DNA from: Trichoplax adhaerens
Taxonomy: Eukaryota; Animalia; Placozoa
Length of the DNA: 64,000 nucleotides
Direction of reading: 5' to 3'
Assembly: GCF_000150275.1 (NCBI RefSeq)
Contig: NW_002060945.1
Location: 4,203,397 to 4,267,396, forward strand
Shown here: positions 57,192 through 64,000 of the stretch, piece by piece
How positions within the stretch are numbered: the stretch's first letter is position 1
How the letters are laid out: the number at the start of each line of letters is the position of its first letter
Position numbers and translations under genes: made by a program
Notes under the pieces: model-generated
Database searches by the model: none
Told to the model about the DNA's origin: nothing
The model's input: the letters and a program-made list of their open reading frames with translations, nothing else

Positions 57192-59353
57192 TCCAATAAA
57201 CTCTATTTATATCAGTTGCACAGTCCAGTATTGTATGCGCATTTGTTAGACTCAAGTTGAGCAATTGTATTGAAAGAGAAACGTACGTGGTAGGCACAGT
57301 ACAGTAGTGACATTGTACTTTCATGTCCGCAACTTTAAAAAGAAAGATACAGTAGAACAGCAGCAGATCGAACGGCTGATACCGTACGCATTGAATTTTT
57401 ACTTTGCAAATGCTGTTGATACTCTCTAATTAGCTTGAATATCTGTAGTCCACACGCATCGATTATCGTATTGAATCAATCAAGCGTGAATACTTGTATC
57501 GTCTACTAGTATCACTATACAGCTTCAATGTCGACCAGGAACCACCATTAGCGTCTAAAGAGTACCGAGTGATTGTCAGGCAAGTTGTTTATTAGCACCA
57601 GTGCCGTCAACACCAGCACTTTTTCGACTGTCATTCACAGTCAATACTGATCGCTTTTGATTTGATTTTTACATATCAATAGATCTTGTGTAGAATGTAA
57701 GTAATATTACGCCTACCGACATTGATCGACTACTGTCCACTGTACACTGTACAGGTGGCTCTAGTAGTCTAATAAGCTACAGTACTGAATAGGAAAATGG
57801 GTTGGTAACGCGCACCGTACCGGTACATACTGTACAGTACAGTAAAAATAAATAGAAAATAAAATGCATCATTGCTGGCGTCCACTTTTTACAGTGCAGC
57901 GTACTACAAGGCATGGACAGTGAACAGTACTATACTGTAGTTACTTACTCAACAACAAACGCATGCAACTATGCAACATAATATTCTGTACTGTACAACA
58001 TGGCGTCCTCCAAATCAAGTTATCGTAGAAAATATCGTAAACAATCATTTTTGGTGCGTCCATTTCACTATCCTACCTTTTTTCGCCTCTGGCCGCGACA
58101 ATTTCGTAGTGGTCTTTGAAATTAGAAATTGAAAATGTCTTGATCCTTGGCAAGCTGTAGATTCTACTATTATTTCATCTTCTTGAGCATGTATTCAAAG
58201 AAATCAATTTTGCTTACTACGTTTTTCGACGATCCTCCTTCCACATTGAAAACGTTGCACTGACGTCGCAAGGAATTTCCTGTACAGTACAATACACTGC
58301 AAGTTGTCTGCAACTTGTAGCGTCTGACGGGCGTGCACTACTGTACACTCCACTGTACACTGTACAGTGTGTACTGTAGCAGCGATGCGTATCCCATACT
58401 GTACTATACACTACAGTGTACAGTATGGCAATATCAGAGGAGTTTATCAGCAAGGTCATCGTGCACTGTAGAAGACTGCCCTTTTCAGTACTGTACAGTA
58501 CAGTACAGTTGTATAGTACAGTACAAGTACTCTACAGTACTGCAATATTCCTCAGCGTGATACCGGCGTAACGGCGCCGTACTATCAGGTGTACTGTACT
58601 GGCATAAATCAATGGTACGATGTCCATGTGATCAGCGAAGGGACTGACAATATTTTTGTTATCCTTTATTTATTTTACCCTATGGAAGGAAAGGATAGTA
58701 CAGACTATAAACCCAGCAAGACGTCAAAGTAAAAAGGTCACCGTAGTCTGCAGAAAGCTTTTGTCATGCATGCAGTACAGTACACTTTCATGAAGCCAAG
58801 AAACGATCGAGCACGGAATGATAGCGATGAACAGACCTAGTGATCGTTTATTTCACTGTTTCTGCTTTCGTCGTCTCCTCATTACGGTAGGGTATTAGTA
58901 CAGTGTTACTGCATTGAGTATTAGTAAATTTTTACGCGCGAAATGACAGTAGTACTCAATGGACTACATTCACAGTGTGAAAAAAGCCCAGATGAAAGAA
59001 TGGCGGGAAAAAAATTTACGTCCTGTACAGTACTCAACTCAGAGTGTACAGTACTGTACTGTAAACCAGGTTGACCAGGTGCCATTACAGTACAGCACAC
59101 TACAGGCTACCGTATGCCTACTATACTGTACACTCTCTCTGTACTGTACAGTAGTCTACAGTATTCTGTACTGTAATTCACGGTAGTCGAGGGCCGTCGT
59201 AGACTCGTAGTACTGTACAAGTGTAATACACAAAACAATAATTCTATTGTACTGTAAGAGACGGACGGACTCCGACACAATCTGAAACATCGCTAGACGA
59301 TAGCCTTTTCTTGTTTTTCACTCCATTACTCACTTGTGCAATTTTAAAAGCAT

Positions 59354-59444
59354 ACTGTCAGGGGCGAATAAAGATAAAATTCCTAACCCTAACTCTAAAA
59401 CTCTTAGGGTTATGAATTTTATCCTTAGTAATCCCTGCTACAGT
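59354..59444. repeat. Fold-back inverted repeat containing telomeric CCCTAA/TTAGGG
   Basis: Arms gataaaattcctaaccctaa (59373-59392) and ttagggttatgaattttatc (59404-59423) pair at 19/20 positions. Imperfect outer pairing caggg/ccctg and actgt/acagt. Confidence 0.85.
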
Positions 59445-59510
59445 GCACTATACAGTACAGTACTGTAAATCGTACGGATCATAAAAACAGGAAAATGGAC
59501 TATCCACTGA

Positions 59511-59552
59511 TCCGCCCATCCGCCAACCCACTTCAAACTCCCGGCTATTTAT
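59511..59552 (+). promoter_or_regulatory. Candidate core promoter (GC boxes + TATA-like) of the AKIP1-like gene
   Basis: tccgcccatccgccaaccc followed by ctatttata, ~250 bp upstream of the ATG. Function is inferred. Confidence 0.4.
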
Positions 59553-59802
59553 ACTCGATGACGGTTTTTACTAGCTTTAATGAAATAGTTGATAGGCTAT
59601 GTCACTAAGCTTTCCATCTGGGCCACCGTACTACAGGCTTGCAGTCTACAGCAATACTATTACTGTAGTATTTCTAGCACTACTGTATACAGTACTATAG
59701 TTCGTCACACTACAGTACGTAGTATGTACAGAGTACAGTACAGTAAACTGTCGGAGGGTAAAATTAGGGACTAATCAATTCTAGTCTGATATCAGATTTC
59801 TG

Positions 59803-60180
59803 ATGGTCTTCGCAGGAAATCATGGAGAGAGAAGTAAGCCTATACCTTATACTGTACTAACCTCTGTAATCAAGGATCATAATTTAAGAGGAATTGAATA
59901 CATATAATAGAAAATGGGAGACATGCCCTGCAGTCGACTTGAAGTATAACGGGCTGGGCTCAAGTAAACCGTAGTTTATAACGTTACTCTTTGCTAAATA
60001 AAATATTATACAACGGTGGTCTTAATTTTTTGAGCAGTTGCAACTGATGAAAACGTTCGTGTCGATGTGCCCCCAGGAACATATGCCGTTACTGCAGGAA
60101 GATGGGGAGGTGAAAAAGATCATACTCACGTTGTCCACGTTGAACCTGGACAAAGTGTAGATTTGACGTTCGCTGTTTGA
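59803..60180 (+). CDS. AKIP1: AKIP1 (A-kinase interacting protein 1 / C11orf17) C-terminal-domain microprotein, 57 aa, 2 exons
   Basis: Exons 59803-59833 (GTAAG donor) and 60038-60180 (CAG acceptor) encode MVFAGNHGERIATDENVRVDVPPGTYAVTAGRWGGEKDHTHVVHVEPGQSVDLTFAV*. This closely resembles the human AKIP1 C-terminus as recalled (IEVYPGTYSVTVG...THVVAVDSGQSVDLVFPV*). The start codon is uncertain. Confidence 0.8.
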
Positions 60181-61859
60181 TTTAGTCAACAATTTTTTTT
60201 TTAAGCAAGTTTCATTGCTCACGATTGCTGACTTGGCGATTAGGCTAACCAATTGATGTCCTATATTGATTTAAAAATCGAATACTGTAATAACGTCTTC
60301 ATTTTATGTATATTGGAACGAGATGAAATACGGTCATTGAATAACAGTTTATCGAAGGAGTAGTGTTTTGTGACACAGTCCAGCAATATAAATATAAAGA
60401 TTATTACCTTTTTTGGTGTTCAGTAAATGCCTAACATTAGAATGAACACATCATTCTTCTTTCAACTATGCAATAATGTATATTTATAACACAGAATAAA
60501 TAGATACCGTCAATATACAGTATGTTACTGCACTTTGCAACATACTGTATAGAGAGAGTATTAGTGCGATAAAATTTAATATTATCTTAAATCAGAAAAT
60601 TCCTTGAAACTGTCCAAAGAAATTTTGATACCGGTAATGATTACCATATTAAATTTATTTACTAAGAATATGATAAAGTCGCTGTACTTTTTCGTACAAT
60701 TACACTGTAATATACAACATTTGCTTTGCCATCAATGAAAGCAGAGTGGATAGGTTCACGGAACAGTATTGAATCCTTCATTACCTTCCTTGAAAATGTA
60801 AAACTGTATATCAACGTTAAATTAACATCATACATTGGCTTAATATGCACTTTAGTTCTGTAACCTAATGAAACGATAATTCCCTCATTTTATTATAGTG
60901 AGATATTTAGTGAATCACTAAAATACCAAAATAAACACTATTGCATTCATTCGAACGAAGTATTTGTGAGTTCATGGTAACTTATAATAAGATTTTAACT
61001 TATGTTTGCAATGTTTATCGAAAGAAATATGCTATTTGATAAAACTATATGATATACGATTACTTTGTAACATATTAAAACCAGAATCGAAAAGACAAAA
61101 AAGATGCCATATTATAACATAATTTTCATCTATTTTTATTATTATTATTACACTCGTAAATGCATACTATATATATATATATACGCTTACATTTCTGGTA
61201 ACTTAAATATTATATTAGTCAAATAGAATCCAGGTAAATTTGGCAGAAAATTGATTGACAGCCTGATTATCTCATATGATACGATGATTAAAGAATATTG
61301 ATGTAGAATTCATAGCTTATCAGTCACACAAAGGCTATAAGATGTTACAGTCACTTCAATAAATAACTGCTATATCAACATCGTGGCTTGATAACTTTAT
61401 ACCATACAGAATGGAAGAATTATATTGTATAGGTTAATATAATATCCGCTCATGCTATCATGCCCGGAAAGCATCATATTTACAACAATTCATCTAGGGC
61501 GATTTAATATATTCAAGAAAATTTAATAGTAACAATTACTTATGAATCAGCATACTTGTGATAAAAATGAAAATTATAAAACTGAACTTGATCTTGTTGG
61601 AATATTGACAAAATTATCCTATCTACACAATGCAAACGTTTCAGTTTGTTGATAACGACGTGGATAGCCCTCATTTCTGAGATAATCTAATATTGGTATA
61701 AAATCGTAGAACGCAGATTAGGTAGATGACCAACGGCGTATATTCTATTTGGTCCAGATATTGACTCCACTTCAATACATACGAGCATATCTTCGTAATG
61801 TAGGCTCAATTTATGATACAATTAAAATGCTTTCGATTATACCGCAAGCAAGTATTCAT

Positions 61860-63946
61860 TTAATAACCAAGTTCTAGTTTAATTTTTATTGCTTTCTCTC
61901 GTTTAACATCAAATCTCTGTCGTCGACGTTCCTCATCAGCTAAACGATTCACTATAAGTTCCTTTCTTCGGCTAACTTCAGCATTCAGTTTAGCTGAAGC
62001 TTTATGATATTCCAGTTCTTTTGCTTGAATATACCGTTCATCTGCAATCTTTTCACGTTGATATTGCCTCCTTAGTCGATTTTCCTATAGGTAGGGATAG
62101 ACAGATATTTCCAGTTAATGTCATACATTTTAATGTTGTTACTTAGTTTACATACTTTAAATAGGATTTTTTAAAATGCTTAAAAGATAAATGAGTAACC
62201 GGGAGTTTTAATCTTTCATCCATAATGTAAAAGGAAATCTGTGTTAACCTACCTCAATAGCCTGAACTCTTTGAACTTTTTCATTTTCCTGTTGTATTTG
62301 CAATTGTTCTCTCTGATTTCGTTGCTGTTTTAAATATTCCAATCTTTTGGCTTCTTTTTCTTTCTTTTGTAATGTGCGCGAATCGTCCAAATCTCTTATT
62401 TTATTGTAATTTTTTCGTCGGCGGTCTATCAGTCGATTTTTCATTTCTTCATAATATTTTTTACGTTGTTTATCGAATTGCTCAAAGCCGGCCATCTTCT
62501 CTAATTTATGTTTTCTTCTGAGTTCATCCGCTGCTCGTTGTGTTTGCTCACGTTCAACTTCCTTCTGCACCTGTCGTTCATGCTGCAGCCTTTTAGTCTC
62601 TACCTTTTGCGCTTCTTTTTTAAGATACCTTTGGTGCTTTAAGTTAGTTAATCCGTCTTCTAATGTAGGCGCTTCGTATTTTATACGCTGTTGTTGTATT
62701 TCTTTTTGCTGATATTTCCACCAGTTTGGATAATCCGGATTTACCATTCGTATGTGATCCAAAAAATTACCTCTACTTTTAGGCTGTGGAATGTTAACTC
62801 GAGGTTCCTTTAATAATTTGGGCTGATATCGTTCAGTAGGTCCCGTGCCAGAAGGTGCGGCATACCAAGACCTCCAAGGAGGACGTTGAGTCTTGGTCTT
62901 GCTTTTCTGTTTTGTTTTGCAGTACGTTGACGTAGTACGTATAACTTCCTCATCATCATTCAGTCCTAATTCATCATACATTGTTTCCAATATATCAGGG
63001 TCAGAACTAATCAAATCATCTTCTTCTTCACTACTATAATAATTAGTTTCACGTCTTCCCGTAGGATCTAACGCATTTAGATAGCGCTCGATAGTCTGAA
63101 TTTGTTCGTCAATCCGAGAAGTCAGTTGATGATAAGGAAGATCTCGTGATGGAGGAGACAAATCTTGTGCATAGGAATTCATATTAAAATGATTTGTAGG
63201 AGTAGTTGATTGTGATCTACCGTAATACGTAGTGGATGTCATGTCAGGGAAACTTTGTGATCCTGGTGGAGGAAAAGGTCTTTTACTATAGATTTCATGA
63301 GAAGTGCTAGGTCTCATCAATTCATAAGTATCTTTATATAACGATTTATAGGTATTGCATGGAGCAAAGTCAGCGGGCCTTTGCATGGCAATATTTGAGT
63401 CCGTTGAATCCGCAATAATTTTATTCATTTCTCCACGTAAATGATTTGGAACCAATTGATCCATTGATAATTGTTCGTATAAAGCATTTGATATCCAAAC
63501 GGCTGAATTAGAATCAATAGTCTTTGTTAGACCACTCGAAAACACGACTATCATTGGTTCGATAGATTTGGACATTTTACCTAGGGATAGGAAATATTCA
63601 AAGTTCGATGAGTATTACTAGGAAATGAACTGTAGAACTATTTAAGATGTATGTTCATTTATAGTATGAATTTTTTCGTTAAATGATTTAAAAGAAACTT
63701 TAAGCACAGTATATAGTAGTATGCCTCACCAGTAAGAATTCTAGGATCGTTGCCCTCTAAGACAACAGCTGGAGCGTACTCGTACTTTCCGAGTTTTCTA
63801 GGTGCAAGAACTTTATCACCCAATTTGATGGGGTGCCGCCAAGCATCATTTAAAGCGATAATGTCATTTATATTAGTTTCCTGCTCGCTTTTTAATTTCT
63901 TCTTCTTGGGTAAGATTAAGTCAATCAAAAACTGTCCTTGGCTTAC
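61860..63946 (-). CDS. C11orf16-like protein (DUF4537-type domain + long charged coiled-coil tail); 5' part outside the window
   Basis: Exons 63946-63730, 63580-62253 and 62084-61860 are in frame. QETNINDII...HPIKLGDKVLAP...YAPAVVLEGNDPR...VVFSSG...AVWIS resembles the C11orf16 LRPGDKVLA...YGPGTVLLG...VHFWNG region as recalled. The C-terminus is E/K/R/Q-rich. Confidence 0.75.
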
Positions 63947-64000
63947 CTATTAGAAAGAACCAACATTCACAATATGTAAATGGCGTGATCACAAAATGTG

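Noticed and set aside
58000-58119. 39-codon ORF MASSKSSYRRKYRK... with a good Kozak context
   Set aside because: No recognisable homology; caacATGGCG is equally explained as a YY1-type promoter motif.
58217-59774. C/T/V/Y-rich ORFs
   Set aside because: Artefacts of TACAGTA/TACTGTA low-complexity DNA.
59919-59928. Perfect p53 half-site AGACATGCCC in the AKIP1-like intron
   Set aside because: A single half-site without a convincing partner is not significant alone.

Overview
This is AT-rich, compact animal genomic DNA with short GT-AG introns. Gene content and architecture suggest a placozoan (Trichoplax-like) genome; that assignment is inferred, not proven. Manual splicing recovers nine protein-coding genes and one tRNA. 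In order: PAPSS (+, 5' exon(s) not found in the window), CERT1/COL4A3BP (-), NCBP1 (+), PIGO (-), RSL24D1 (+), tRNA-Asn(GTT) (-), DYNC2H1 (+), a Cip/Kip CDK inhibitor (-), an AKIP1-like two-exon microprotein gene (+, absent from the ORF track) and a C11orf16/DUF4537-like gene (-, 5' truncated). Main findings: (1) a 57-aa protein consisting only of the AKIP1 C-terminal domain, lying tail-to-tail with a C11orf16-like gene as in human 11p15.4, with a second overlapping spliced frame; (2) a 9,161-bp exon carrying ~71% of the DYNC2H1 CDS between intron-rich ends; (3) a CDK inhibitor with a p21-type PIP-degron-like motif split by a p21-like phase-1 intron, plus an upstream phased array of p53-like half-sites; (4) five unrelated tandem arrays packed around the divergent CERT1/NCBP1 promoter; (5) a telomere-repeat-containing fold-back element and dense TACAGTA/TACTGTA motifs in the 5' intergenic regions.
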